Source: an uncultured Gammaproteobacteria bacterium (GTDB taxonomy: Bacteria; Pseudomonadota; Gammaproteobacteria; JACCXJ01). From it: a stretch of DNA of 64,000 nt. The notes under the pieces were generated by a model. It had not been told where the DNA came from. It did not search any database and saw only the letters and a list, made by a program, of their open reading frames with translations. Position numbers and translations under genes: made by a program. This document shows, one piece after another, positions 51,101 through 60,076 of this stretch; the stretch's first letter is position 1; the number at the start of each line of letters is the position of its first letter. The stretch lies in assembly GCA_963764725.1 (NCBI GenBank), contig CAVXTM010000018.1:640001-704000 (forward strand), in the 5' to 3' direction.

Positions 51101-52643
51101 GAACAACGACATTACCGAGCGCAAAGAGGCCGAGCAGAAAATCCGCGCCAGCGAATCTCGCTTCCGGGGCATCGTGCAGCAAACCAACGCGGGCATTGCC
51201 CAGACCGACCTGACGGGCCGTTTTGTGCTGGTAAACAAACGCTACCGCGAAATCGTCGGCCGTTCTCGCCAGCAGCTATTGCAACTGCGGATGCAAGATA
51301 TCACCCACCCGGATGATCTGCCGAGGAACATCGAGCAGTTCTCCCGAATGGTGTCAGGCGATGGACCAGATTTCATTGTCGAAAAGCGTTACATTCGTCC
51401 TGATGGTTCGTTCGTGTGGGTCAACAACTCCGTTTCCTTGATTCGGGATTCCGGAAGCAAACCGCAATACGTGCTGGCCGCGTGCATCGACGTGACCGAG
51501 CGCAAGCGGGCGGAGGAAGCGTTGAAGGACGCCGACCGTCGCAAGGACGAGTTTCTCGGGATGCTTGCACATGAACTGCGGACCCCGTTATCGGCGATCT
51601 CGAACGTGGCCGAGATCCTGTGGCAGCAGCGCACGTCCGATCGTGAGACTACGCGACTCCAGTCAATGCTCACTCGCCAAACCCGGACCCTGACCCGCAT
51701 GGTCGAGGATTTGCTGGATATCTCGCGCATCACCTCCGGCAAGATTCGCCTTGAAAAGGAACTGATTGCGCTCAACCCCGTGATCAGTCGCGCGGTCGAG
51801 AGCACACGCTCCTTGATGGAGAGTCGCCTGCACAAGCTCATCGTATCCGAACCGGATGCTCCCCTGCGGATCGAGGCGGATGCGACGCGGTTGGAGCAGA
51901 TTCTGGTGAATCTCTTGAGCAACGCGGCCAAGTATACAGACCCAGGCGGTCGCATTCACCTGATTGCCAAGCAAGAGAATGGAGGGGTGTGCCTGATGGT
52001 GCGGGACAACGGCATCGGGATTTCCGCCGAGATGCTGTCGCGTGTTTTCGAGATGTTTACGCAGGTCGACCAGTCTCTCGAACGCACACAGCATGGACTC
52101 GGAATTGGGCTCGCCCTCGTCCGACGCCTCGTCGAGATGCATGGTGGGACTGTCCAAGCCACCAGCACCGGCGTGGGCCAGGGCAGCGAGTTTATCGTGC
52201 GGTTACCCTTGAGAACGATGCCGCAGCAGGACCGGGGCGCAATAAAGGCCGCGCCAGTGCAGTCGGCGATTGGACCGGCACGTCGCATCCTCGTCGTGGA
52301 GGACAACCAGGACGCTGCGGAAAGCCTCGCGACCCTGATTGAGCTGATAGGCCACGAGGTTCGTTGCGTCCATGACGGCGCGAGCGCCCTTGAAACCGCA
52401 GCCGCATTTCGTCCCAATGTGGTGCTGCTGGATATCGGGTTGCCCGACATAAATGGGTACGAGGTGGCGCGTCACTTACGACAGCAGCCTGGACTCGAAC
52501 GGATCGCGATCGCAGCGCTGACGGGATGGGGTCAGGAAGAAGATCGACTTCGTGCTCGCACCGCCGGGTTCGACCATCACTTCGTCAAGCCTATCGATGC
52601 GGACGTCCTTCGCACTTGGCTCGCCTCTCTCAATCCCGCTTGA
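48129..52643 (+). CDS. Large multi-sensor hybrid kinase (PAS-GAF-HK-REC-3xPAS-HK-REC)
   Basis: W..TPLGP.E.WPQSL; H-boxes SHEFRTPL and AHELRTPL; two REC domains; PAS motifs LHPEDR and THPDD; start uncertain (47955/48030/48129). Confidence 0.92.
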   Translation: MSHSPKNTQGGEMGKLIREHNWSATPLGPVETWPQSLRSAVSILLPSKAQIVLFWGPELITIYNDAYAPTFGAKHPWALGRPARDCWSEVWHVIGPLFDGVVRTGEAFWAKDHPFFLRRQGFLEETFFDVSYDPVRIEGGGVGGIFCIVSEQTGRVLGERRLRTLRELGTRTADAKDAEDVFREAAAALAMNPADIPFSLLYLFDGPGLRAEIVGVVGIELDDLASRHIAVSDVEALASTRNGRAADVGTRVFVIQAPETAAERALVLPISSGTQTVGALIAGVSRFLRLAGDYRDFFDLAAARISAAITNARAYETERRRAEALAELDRAKTAFFSNVSHEFRTPLTLMLGPIEDLKAQFGRSDSAISMVQYQQIDLMHRNSLRLLKLVNTLLDFSRIEAGRVQAIYEETNLAALTAELASVFRSAIEKAGLKLIVDCETLPEPTYVAPEMWEKIILNLLSNALKFTFQGEIEVKLRQTGKHVELAVRDTGTGIPEDQLPKIFERFHRVPGAQGRTHEGTGIGLALVQELAKLHGGSVSVESTYGKGSTFRVFIPLGKGYLPHKQIGAPRTPSTTALVAAPFVEEALHWLSDESVVSSQLSDLPPVNTTTGYGPVSTDKARILLADDNADMRGYVRRLLSSQGYEVEAVADGEAALHAARAHPPRLVLADVMMPKLDGLGLVRELRNDPQTRGVPIILVSARAGEESRVDGFGKGADDYLIKPFGARELLARVSARLELARVRGLAEQELRQARDYAEAIIHTARAPLVVLEADLRVHKANEAFYQTFNVSPAETEGRLIYELGDGQWNIPRLRELLKDVVPRTRVFDDFEVTHDFATIGRRVMLLNARKLSAIDGAPARALLGIQDITEVLQFQDAARKNQIRYQALVEASAQIVWTTDATGAVVNDSPSWRAFTGQTYEQWKGLGWLDALHPEDRERISHLWQRAVAERTPVETEYRLRHVSGEWRWMAVRAVPVLYPDGSVREWVGMNNDITERKEAEQKIRASESRFRGIVQQTNAGIAQTDLTGRFVLVNKRYREIVGRSRQQLLQLRMQDITHPDDLPRNIEQFSRMVSGDGPDFIVEKRYIRPDGSFVWVNNSVSLIRDSGSKPQYVLAACIDVTERKRAEEALKDADRRKDEFLGMLAHELRTPLSAISNVAEILWQQRTSDRETTRLQSMLTRQTRTLTRMVEDLLDISRITSGKIRLEKELIALNPVISRAVESTRSLMESRLHKLIVSEPDAPLRIEADATRLEQILVNLLSNAAKYTDPGGRIHLIAKQENGGVCLMVRDNGIGISAEMLSRVFEMFTQVDQSLERTQHGLGIGLALVRRLVEMHGGTVQATSTGVGQGSEFIVRLPLRTMPQQDRGAIKAAPVQSAIGPARRILVVEDNQDAAESLATLIELIGHEVRCVHDGASALETAAAFRPNVVLLDIGLPDINGYEVARHLRQQPGLERIAIAALTGWGQEEDRLRARTAGFDHHFVKPIDADVLRTWLASLNPA

Positions 52644-52716
52644 AGCTAGCCGTCATCCTCAACCTTTCAAGATCAACACGACCGCTGCGGCTTTGCGCTT
52701 GCGAGCCGGGCAACGT

Positions 52717-53220
52717 TCAAACCCGCTTACGCTTGCTCAGCCGTTTGCGATTGGCCACGGCACGTGCATGCACCGGCTTTAAGCCCTTGCGTGCGCATTG
52801 CACAAGGCTCGAGCCGACCTTGCGTGATCCGGCGGCGGCCCGGCTGACCGCCGCACTGCTCCGTGGCAGCATGTTTCGCCGGCCCACGGCAATCATCGCT
52901 TGCAGACCGGCCAGCATTTGACGAGTGGCTATTTCGGCACCACGCACCTGCAGACTCCAAAGGGCGGGAGCCATGGCAGCCGCCGATTCCGCCGCGGCTT
53001 CGAATTTCTCCTCCACCATGCGCGTGAACTCGCGCCGATCGCGGGCCGAGGGCTTGGTCGCGGCGCGGGCCAAGCGGTCCGCTCGATGGCCCATCACGTA
53101 GGCAGAAGCCCCAAGCATCTCCCCGGTCTTCACAGCAAGATCGAACCACGGCGCCCAAGCAAAGGGCCGCGCCCTGCAGGTATAAGCAAGCCCCGAGATC
53201 TTGTTACCACCCTTCTTCAA
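52717..53220 (-). CDS. Probable PHA granule-associated (phasin-like) protein
   Basis: W..LA.KTGEM..ASA.V..HR, RDRREF.RM..EK..AA.ES, L.PVH..A.AN.KRL; start uncertain. Confidence 0.6.
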   Translation of the reverse strand: MKKGGNKISGLAYTCRARPFAWAPWFDLAVKTGEMLGASAYVMGHRADRLARAATKPSARDRREFTRMVEEKFEAAAESAAAMAPALWSLQVRGAEIATRQMLAGLQAMIAVGRRNMLPRSSAAVSRAAAGSRKVGSSLVQCARKGLKPVHARAVANRKRLSKRKRV

Positions 53221-53752
53221 GAGCCTTACCTCGTCGTCAAGAAAGCGGTCGGCGTGCCCGCAGCGTCAGCAGACGATCCGGTCTTGCCTACAGCAGCCTC
53301 ATTTCGCGGGCTTGATCGCGCCCCGGCTGCTCTTATCCAGCCCCGCTTGACAGCTATCATGCCGCCGACGATGATGCCATTCAAGCCGAGCCGCGGCAAG
53401 TTCTCAATTCGCGAGCGCGTCGAGAAACCGTCAACAGCATCGACGAGGCCTTCCGGCAGCGTCTCTCGGGCTGGTCGCTTCGGGCACAGGCTCAACACAA
53501 TGTCAAAAAAACAAGTACGGTCACTCTGTGACTGTTGAATCGCGAGTTCGCATTGTTGATCTTTCGCGCTCCTTCCTAGGATCATTACCCGATGACGAAT
53601 CGAAGAGGTGTTTGAGGTACAATGAGGGCTACCGCTAATGTGATGCGATAGGCACTCAAAGCGTCATCATAATCGCATCACAGAACTTATTCCGTCTGAG
53701 CCGGCCCATGGGGGGCGTGGCACCGCACGACGGTTTTCTGAGGAGTTACTAT

Positions 53753-54088
53753 ATGGGTATGAAGTTATACGTTGGCAACATGGGCTACGGCATCCGCAGC
53801 AGTGATCTGGAACGGCTGTTCTCGGCTCATGGTACTGTACGTTCCGCCGAGGTAATCACGGATCGTAGCACCGGGCAGTCCAAAGGGTTCGGCTTTGTTG
53901 AGATGGGCAGTGACCAGGAAGCGAAGGCGGCCATCGCCGCCCTCAACGCTACGCAGATGGACGGCCGGACCGTAACGGTCAATGAGGCCCGCCCCAAGGA
54001 AGGCGGTGGTGGCCGTGGCCCGGGTGGCTACGGCGGAGGTGGGGGCGACAAACGCGGTGGTTATGGAGGCGGAGGACGGCGGTACTAG
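53753..54088 (+). CDS. RRM RNA-binding protein with Gly-rich tail (RbpA-like)
   Basis: RNP2 LYVGNM, RNP1 KGFGFVEM, VNEARP, GGGGRRY; GAGGAG RBS. Confidence 0.95.
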   Translation: MGMKLYVGNMGYGIRSSDLERLFSAHGTVRSAEVITDRSTGQSKGFGFVEMGSDQEAKAAIAALNATQMDGRTVTVNEARPKEGGGGRGPGGYGGGGGDKRGGYGGGGRRY

Positions 54089-54311
54089 CAAGCGCCAATT
54101 CGCCGACAGTTCCTTTGGCGTAAGGGGTCAGCGTTTTAGGTGTCCCCACCCATAAGAACGTTGTATCAGGAAGCTCGCGTAGGGCGGAACCGTGACGCGG
54201 GTTGCGCTGAATGAATGTAGACGATAATCACAGTCATGTAGCCTAATGGGTTGAGCGCAACGAATCCCGGGGAAAATCGCCAACCGATCTGTCAAGCTCG
54301 GCTCCGATCCG

Positions 54312-55331
54312 TCACCGCTTCTGCATGGCATAGAACAGACAATCGCTGCGCGCGATCGCCGCAGACACGGTCATCATGACCGGCACCATCGCGCGCCGGA
54401 TGCGCAAGAGCCCATCGGCGCTCGTGAACAGCTCGGCGCTCACCTCGACGCCGTCGCCGCCGCGGGCATCGAACGGCCACGTGCCCGGAGGCCCGAGCCA
54501 TCCGAGCACCATGCCGGGCTCGACCGGGTCGAAGTTGTGGCGGTCTATGTCGCTGCGCACCGTGAGGTTCGCTCCCTCGACCGGAGCGTCACCGAACGCG
54601 AGGCGCACGTCGGGGTGGACCCTCACGCGAACGGGATGATGCAGGATCTCCATGGCCTGCCACCGCTCGGCATGCACGCTCAGGTCTTCGACCGACAGAT
54701 AGCGCTCGAGGCCGGCGAGCGCGACGGCGTCGGCGACGGGGTCCTGGGCTCGCCCGCATTCGACCACGATGCTCGCCGTGAAGCGCTCGGTCGCTTCGAT
54801 CAACGTGCCGAGGCGCAGATCGCTCAGCATGTAGCGATCTGCGAACAGGCCCGTGAGGCCCAGGTGAGCCGCATCCGCGATCGTGCCGACGCCATACGCG
54901 GGACTGCGCCCGCTGTTGTTGTGCAGGTCGATGAGCGCCTCCGGTCTCACCGCCTCGAGCCGCTCGATCAGCTCCAGCGAGCGCTCACCTTCGAGCCCCC
55001 CGAATGGCGGCGCGAAGCAGCGGTTCGCATCACGGGCGTGCGGTAATGCGCGGTGCGACCACGGAGGCGCGGCGAGCGCGGCCTCGACCGAACCGATGTA
55101 GAAGACCGCGTCGGTCGCGGGCGCGACGCCGGAGCGGAGCCAGGCGTGAACCGCGCGGATGCCGCTCGGCTCGTTTCCATGGAGCAGCGTCGTGACGATT
55201 CGAGTTCGCGACCGGTCGCGCCCGGGAACGCGCAGCAAGGTGGCGCGATCGAGCTCGCGCAACCAGTGTTCGACGCTGCCCGGCAGGTGCGCGACGCGCG
55301 CCTCGTCCAACAACTGGATCCGCTGCGTCAT
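54312..55331 (-). CDS. Succinylglutamate desuccinylase/aspartoacylase (peptidase M14) family protein
   Basis: HGNE, RDANR, DLH and ECG zinc/catalytic motifs; likely start ATG 55331 overlaps the upstream stop (ATGA). Confidence 0.85.
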   Translation of the reverse strand: MTQRIQLLDEARVAHLPGSVEHWLRELDRATLLRVPGRDRSRTRIVTTLLHGNEPSGIRAVHAWLRSGVAPATDAVFYIGSVEAALAAPPWSHRALPHARDANRCFAPPFGGLEGERSLELIERLEAVRPEALIDLHNNSGRSPAYGVGTIADAAHLGLTGLFADRYMLSDLRLGTLIEATERFTASIVVECGRAQDPVADAVALAGLERYLSVEDLSVHAERWQAMEILHHPVRVRVHPDVRLAFGDAPVEGANLTVRSDIDRHNFDPVEPGMVLGWLGPPGTWPFDARGGDGVEVSAELFTSADGLLRIRRAMVPVMMTVSAAIARSDCLFYAMQKR

Positions 55332-56803
55332 GGGATCGGCCAGGTATGCACGGGCGCGCCGAGCTCGGAGTGGTCCAGGTACTCGCCGAGCATGCGCGCG
55401 AGCGCCTCCTTGCGCCCGAGCTTGTCCTCGAGCGCGGCGAGTCGGCTGCGCTGCCATTGCGCGCCGGTCTGTCCGGTGCTGGCGCGGCGCCCGACGATCG
55501 CAAGCCACCGCTCGCACTCGCCGGCGTCGATTTCTGCGTGTAGGAGCCCGCGCTGGGCCTTGGGCAGGAGCTCGTGCACGAGCTCGCGCGCGCCGATCGC
55601 GAGCAGCCCTTTGCCCTGCGGCCAGAGCAACTCGGCGGCAAGGCCGTGTTGCGCGGCGCGGTAGAAGTTGCACTCTGCAACCTCGAAGGGAACGGAGTCG
55701 AGCAGCGCGGGGCTTCGCGACAGCTCGAGCGCGAGGCCCACGAGGAACGCCGCGCTCGCCATCATGTCGGCGACGGTCGGCCCCGAGGGCAGCGCGCGCA
55801 TCTCGATGCGCAGATGGCCGCCTTCCGCCGGGTCGTACACCGCTCGGTTCCAGCGCCACACCGTGCCCTGGTGAAGCCGCAGCTCGCCGAGCAGCGGAAT
55901 GCCACCCGCGCGCGTGACGGCGACCGGATCCTCGTCGGTCATGACCGGCAAGAGCGGCTCGTGCAGCTCGACGCTCTCCTGGAACAGCTCGAGCGCGCCG
56001 CGCGTCAGCCAATCGACACCGAAGCACACGCGCGGCACGCCGCTCCGCGGCCCGTGGTTGGCCGGACGATCGTCGACGGCCTGCTTGAACAGCGCGACGC
56101 GCGTCTCCTCCCACAGCCGATGGCCGAGGAACGTCGGCGAGTTTACCGACACGGCGAGCGCCGGTGCGGTGGCGAGCTGCACGGCATTGTACACCGCGGC
56201 GAACTCGGAAGGGTTCACCCGCAGGTGGATCTGCAGCGAGGTGTTCGCGCCTTCGTAGGTGACGTCGTCACAGCGGATGTCGAGCGGGTCCTCGCCGTCG
56301 ATGCGCACGTGGAAGGGCTCACGCCGCAGGCGGCGGATGCCGGTCGACAGTGCGCGATACCGCGGCAGGTTGGTCATCGCCGAAGACTCCAGGTCTTCGG
56401 CCGTGAGCGTCGGCAAGATGCCGGTCAGCGCGATGCGCGCATCGTGCGCCCTGGCGATGGCGCGCAGGCGTGTCAGACACTCGTCGAGCTGCTTGCCGAG
56501 AGAGGCGAAGGGTGTCCCCGCCAGCGCGATCGGGAGCGTGTTGCACTCCAGGTTGAAGCGGTTGAGCTCAACCGCGAAGCGCGGGTCGCACGCGTCGGCG
56601 AGCACGCGTTCGTTGATCGGCCGCGGGCGGCACGTGGCTCCGACCATCGACATCTCGAGCTCTGCTCCGAACGACGGCGCGCCGACCCCGAAGCGTTCTC
56701 GCGAAAGGAGCTCGGCGAGCGCCCGCAGGTCCTCGCGCAGGCGCTGCGAGAAGCGCGCGTAGTCGTCTTCTTCGAAATGATCTCTTTCGATATTCAGGCC
56801 CAA
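55328..56803 (-). CDS. Glutamate--cysteine ligase GCS2-family (carboxylate-amine) ligase
   Basis: GAELE, ELNRFNLE.N, GILPT, TS.QIHL, NSP..G..LW.ETR..LF.Q, HQGT.WRWNR.VY, HLRIEMR.LP.GPT; TTG start with GAGG RBS. Confidence 0.88.
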   Translation of the reverse strand: MGLNIERDHFEEDDYARFSQRLREDLRALAELLSRERFGVGAPSFGAELEMSMVGATCRPRPINERVLADACDPRFAVELNRFNLECNTLPIALAGTPFASLGKQLDECLTRLRAIARAHDARIALTGILPTLTAEDLESSAMTNLPRYRALSTGIRRLRREPFHVRIDGEDPLDIRCDDVTYEGANTSLQIHLRVNPSEFAAVYNAVQLATAPALAVSVNSPTFLGHRLWEETRVALFKQAVDDRPANHGPRSGVPRVCFGVDWLTRGALELFQESVELHEPLLPVMTDEDPVAVTRAGGIPLLGELRLHQGTVWRWNRAVYDPAEGGHLRIEMRALPSGPTVADMMASAAFLVGLALELSRSPALLDSVPFEVAECNFYRAAQHGLAAELLWPQGKGLLAIGARELVHELLPKAQRGLLHAEIDAGECERWLAIVGRRASTGQTGAQWQRSRLAALEDKLGRKEALARMLGEYLDHSELGAPVHTWPIP

Positions 56804-56871
56804 GCTCGTATCCTCTGTGAACGATAGGACTTCCAACGTGGTGCGTAGATTTTACAAGCACGCGTCAGGAT

Positions 56872-57116
56872 ACGGAAAAGTGCAGATTGCGCACCCACAG
56901 GGGTTCCGCCGGAGCGCAGGACGGTTTCGCCGGGAGCGAAAAGGCGCGTAAGCCCTGAAGGGCGAGTCTCAAGGATGAGACGAGCAACCGGAGTGTATGT
57001 GGAAATACATGAGGATTCCGAGCACCGCCGGGAAGCCAGGGCCAGGGAGTGGCCCTGCTTGGCGCGCCGAGGATGCAACGCGAGATTTCGAGCGCAGCAG
57101 ATTTTTTCACAAGCTC
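56872..57116. repeat. Hairpin-rich intergenic MITE-like element
   Basis: Ends GCGCAGCAGATTTTTTCACAAGCTC next to the stop codon at 57117; nested hairpins GTCTC-AAGGAT-GAGAC and AGGGCC-AGGGAGT-GGCCCT; left end degenerate. Confidence 0.5.
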
Positions 57117-58277
57117 TCAGGCGAGTGCGAACTTCAGGTCCTGAATAAGGTCCTCCACATCCTCGATCCCCACGGATAAGCGCACCAGGGTATCACCGAT
57201 GCCGAGCGCTTCCCGCGTCTCGGCCGGCAATGAGGCATGGGTCATGATGGCGGGATGCTCGATGAGGCTCTCGACACCCCCTAGACTCTCGGCCAAGGCG
57301 AAGATCCGGCAGCGCTCGAGAAACCGCCGGGCATCCTCGAGCCCGCCCTTGAGCACCACCGTCAGCATGCCGCCCGAACCTCGCATCTGGCGCCGCGCGA
57401 GCGCATGCTGGGGATGGCTTGCGAGGCCTGGGTAATAGACCCGCTCGACCTTGGGGTGGCGCTCCAACCACTCCGCAATCGCCGTGGCGTTCGCCGTGTG
57501 CCGCTCCATGCGCAGCGCCAGGGTTTTCATACCGCGCATAACGAGGAAGCTTTCGAAGGGGCTCGCGATAGCTCCGATCGCATTGTGCAAAAACGCGAGT
57601 CTCTCGGCCAAGGGCCCGTTTGCGGTGACCACCACCCCGCCCACGATGTCCGAATGGCCGTTGAGGTACTTGGTCGCCGAGTGCACCACCAGGTCGAAAC
57701 CGAGCTCGATCGGCCGCTGCGCCCAGGGCGTGGCGAAGGTGTTGTCCGCGACGCTCAAGATCCCGCGCTCGCGCGCCACTTCTGCGACCATTCCGAGATC
57801 GACGAGCTTGAGCAGTGGATTACTGGGCGTCTCCACCCAGATCATCCGGGTATTGGGGCGGATGGCCCGCTCGAGCGTCCCGCGATCGGGTAAGGGAGTG
57901 AAGGTGAAATCGAGTCCCGCCGAGCGCCGTCGTACCCCCTCGAAGAGCCGAGTCGTGCCGCCGTAAAGATCGTCGAGAGCCACGATGTGCGCACCACTGT
58001 CGAGCAGTTCAAGCACGGTGGCAATGGCACTCATGCCCGAGGCAAAGGCGAAGCCGTCGCTACCGCCTTCGAGGTCGGCCACGCAGCGCTCATAGGCGAG
58101 CCGGGTGGGATTCTTAGTGCGCGAGTAGTCGTAACCCTGATGCACGCCCGGACTCGATTGCACATAGGTCGAGGTTGCATAGATCGGGGTCATCACAGCC
58201 CCGGTCGCGGGGTCCGGAGGCTGCCCCGCGTGGATGGCGCGGGTCGCGAATCCGTGGGGTTTGTCGGGCGGGGACAT
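57117..58277 (-). CDS. Cystathionine gamma-lyase/gamma-synthase (Cys/Met PLP family)
   Basis: YSR..NPTR, FASGM, YGGT, ETPSNP, DNTFATP, HSATKYLNGHSD (PLP Lys), AESLGGVESL, RLSVGIE. Confidence 0.93.
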   Translation of the reverse strand: MSPPDKPHGFATRAIHAGQPPDPATGAVMTPIYATSTYVQSSPGVHQGYDYSRTKNPTRLAYERCVADLEGGSDGFAFASGMSAIATVLELLDSGAHIVALDDLYGGTTRLFEGVRRRSAGLDFTFTPLPDRGTLERAIRPNTRMIWVETPSNPLLKLVDLGMVAEVARERGILSVADNTFATPWAQRPIELGFDLVVHSATKYLNGHSDIVGGVVVTANGPLAERLAFLHNAIGAIASPFESFLVMRGMKTLALRMERHTANATAIAEWLERHPKVERVYYPGLASHPQHALARRQMRGSGGMLTVVLKGGLEDARRFLERCRIFALAESLGGVESLIEHPAIMTHASLPAETREALGIGDTLVRLSVGIEDVEDLIQDLKFALA

Positions 58278-58287
58278 GGCTAATCTT

Positions 58288-59649
58288 CTACTTTTTCATC
58301 CTGCGGCGGAGATAGTTCAAGAGGTCGATGCGCGTGATGAGGCCAAGGAATTTCTGATCCTCGACGACGATGGGGACCATGCCCTGCTCATAGATGCCGA
58401 AGAGATCCTCGATGGGTGTCTGGGGTGCGACCGTCTGCAAGCGCGTAATCATGATCGCCGCGACCTTTTCTCCGAACCGCTTGTCGTCGCCGTAGACCGC
58501 GTGGAGCACGTCGGACTCGTCGATGATGCCCACGATCCTATCGCCTTCGAGCACGGGGAGCTGGGACACGTCGTAGAGCTTGAAACGCCCGTAGGCCGTG
58601 AGTAGCGTGTCCCCGCGCCCGACCGTGACGACCGCCCGCGCCGAATGCGGCCGCGAGATGAGGTCGCGCAGATCCCCTTGCCGCCCGCGCTCAAGGAACC
58701 CTTGGTCCGCCATCCAGTAGTCGTTGTACATCTTGGACAGGTACTTGTTACCGCTGTCGCAAGCGAAGGTCACCACCCGCTCGGGCTGGTCGCGCGTCCG
58801 GCAATACTGCAGCGCTGCGGCGAGCAAGGTCCCCGACGAGGAGCCAGCGAAGATCCCCTCCTTGCGTAACAACAGCCTTGCGGCCTCGAAGCTCTCCGCG
58901 TCCGTGATCGTGTAGGCCTCGCGCACCCGCGAGAGATCGCAGATAGGGGGAACGAAGTCCTCACCTATGCCCTCAACCATCCAGGAGCCCGCCTCACCCA
59001 GTGTCCCCGTCTTGACGTAGGGCGCGAGCACCGAGCCCTCGGGGTCCGCAAGCACCATCTTGACATCTGGAGCGACCCGCGCGAAGTAGCGGCTCAAGCC
59101 CGTCAGCGTGCCGCCCGTACCGACCCCGCAGACCACCGCGTCGAGCCTCTGGCCCATCTGCGACCAGATCTCCGGCCCTGTGCCTTCCTCGTGCCCCTTC
59201 GGGTTGGCGGGGTTGGAGAACTGATTGGCGTAGAAGGCACCCGCTCGCTCGCGTGCCAGGCGCTCGGCGATGTCCTGGTAATACTCGGGGTGGCCACGCC
59301 CGACGTCGGAGCGCGTCATCACTACTTCCGCTCCCAGCGCCTTAAGGTGAAAAATCTTTTCCTGGCTCATCTTGTCGGGGATGACGAGCAGGAGCTGGTA
59401 GCCCTTGCGGGCGGCGATGAGGGCTAGCGCAAGCCCGGTGTTCCCGGCCGTCGCCTCAATGAGGAGACCACCCGCACTGATCTTGCCCTCATGCTCGGCC
59501 GCCTCGATCATGGAGCGGGCAATGCGATCCTTGATGGATCCGCCTGGATTCTGGCTCTCGAGTTTGACGAAGAGCCGGCACGGCCCGGTGTCGAGCTGAG
59601 TGATCTCCACCAGCGGCGTATTGCCAATCAGTTCGATAACGTTGCTCAC
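58288..59649 (-). CDS. cbs: Cystathionine beta-synthase with C-terminal CBS pair
   Basis: IGNTPLV, KLE..NPGGSIKDR, EATAGNTG, GVGTGGT, EGIG, D.G.KYLSK; CBS domains; GTG start with GGAGG RBS. Confidence 0.9.
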   Translation of the reverse strand: MSNVIELIGNTPLVEITQLDTGPCRLFVKLESQNPGGSIKDRIARSMIEAAEHEGKISAGGLLIEATAGNTGLALALIAARKGYQLLLVIPDKMSQEKIFHLKALGAEVVMTRSDVGRGHPEYYQDIAERLARERAGAFYANQFSNPANPKGHEEGTGPEIWSQMGQRLDAVVCGVGTGGTLTGLSRYFARVAPDVKMVLADPEGSVLAPYVKTGTLGEAGSWMVEGIGEDFVPPICDLSRVREAYTITDAESFEAARLLLRKEGIFAGSSSGTLLAAALQYCRTRDQPERVVTFACDSGNKYLSKMYNDYWMADQGFLERGRQGDLRDLISRPHSARAVVTVGRGDTLLTAYGRFKLYDVSQLPVLEGDRIVGIIDESDVLHAVYGDDKRFGEKVAAIMITRLQTVAPQTPIEDLFGIYEQGMVPIVVEDQKFLGLITRIDLLNYLRRRMKK

Positions 59650-59789
59650 GGGTGCACCTCCCCCGCCGTGCCGGCCTGACGATGTCCCTAACTTAACCAC
59701 ATCAGCCTAACGGACGCTAGAGGCGCAAGGCGCCAATCGCGCTAGAATACGGGTTGTATAGTGAGGCGCGTCCGGTAGACGGAGGGGCA

Positions 59790-60071
59790 ATGGAGCAGAC
59801 AAACGTTGCGGAACAATGGGCGGGGCGTGGGTTTAGCTGTGCTATCTGGACGGACCCGCCCGGACGGGTCTGGGCCGACTTCGTCCACGACGCCGATGAG
59901 ATCGTTATGCTAATCGATGGGGAGATCGAGGTGTCATTTCGGGGTCAAACGCTCCAGCCTCAGCCAGGCGAGGAGGTTTTAATACCGGCCGGCACGAGCC
60001 ACACGGTCAGAAACATCGGCAAGACCACGAACCATTGGTATTACGGTTACCGCCTTGCGCGCAGCGAATAG
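59790..60071 (+). CDS. Cupin domain protein
   Basis: W.DPPG.VW.DFVH..DE, PGEE..IPA...H.VRN; GGAGG RBS. Confidence 0.88.
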   Translation: MEQTNVAEQWAGRGFSCAIWTDPPGRVWADFVHDADEIVMLIDGEIEVSFRGQTLQPQPGEEVLIPAGTSHTVRNIGKTTNHWYYGYRLARSE

Positions 60072-60076
60072 ATACC

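Noticed and set aside
53226-53585. 119-aa ORF upstream of the phasin-like gene
   Set aside because: No recognisable family or RBS.
55332-56114. N-terminal 260 aa of the 600-aa ORF 54312..56114
   Set aside because: Arg/Ala-rich off-frame read of the GCS2 gene; the M14 protein most likely starts at ATG 55331.
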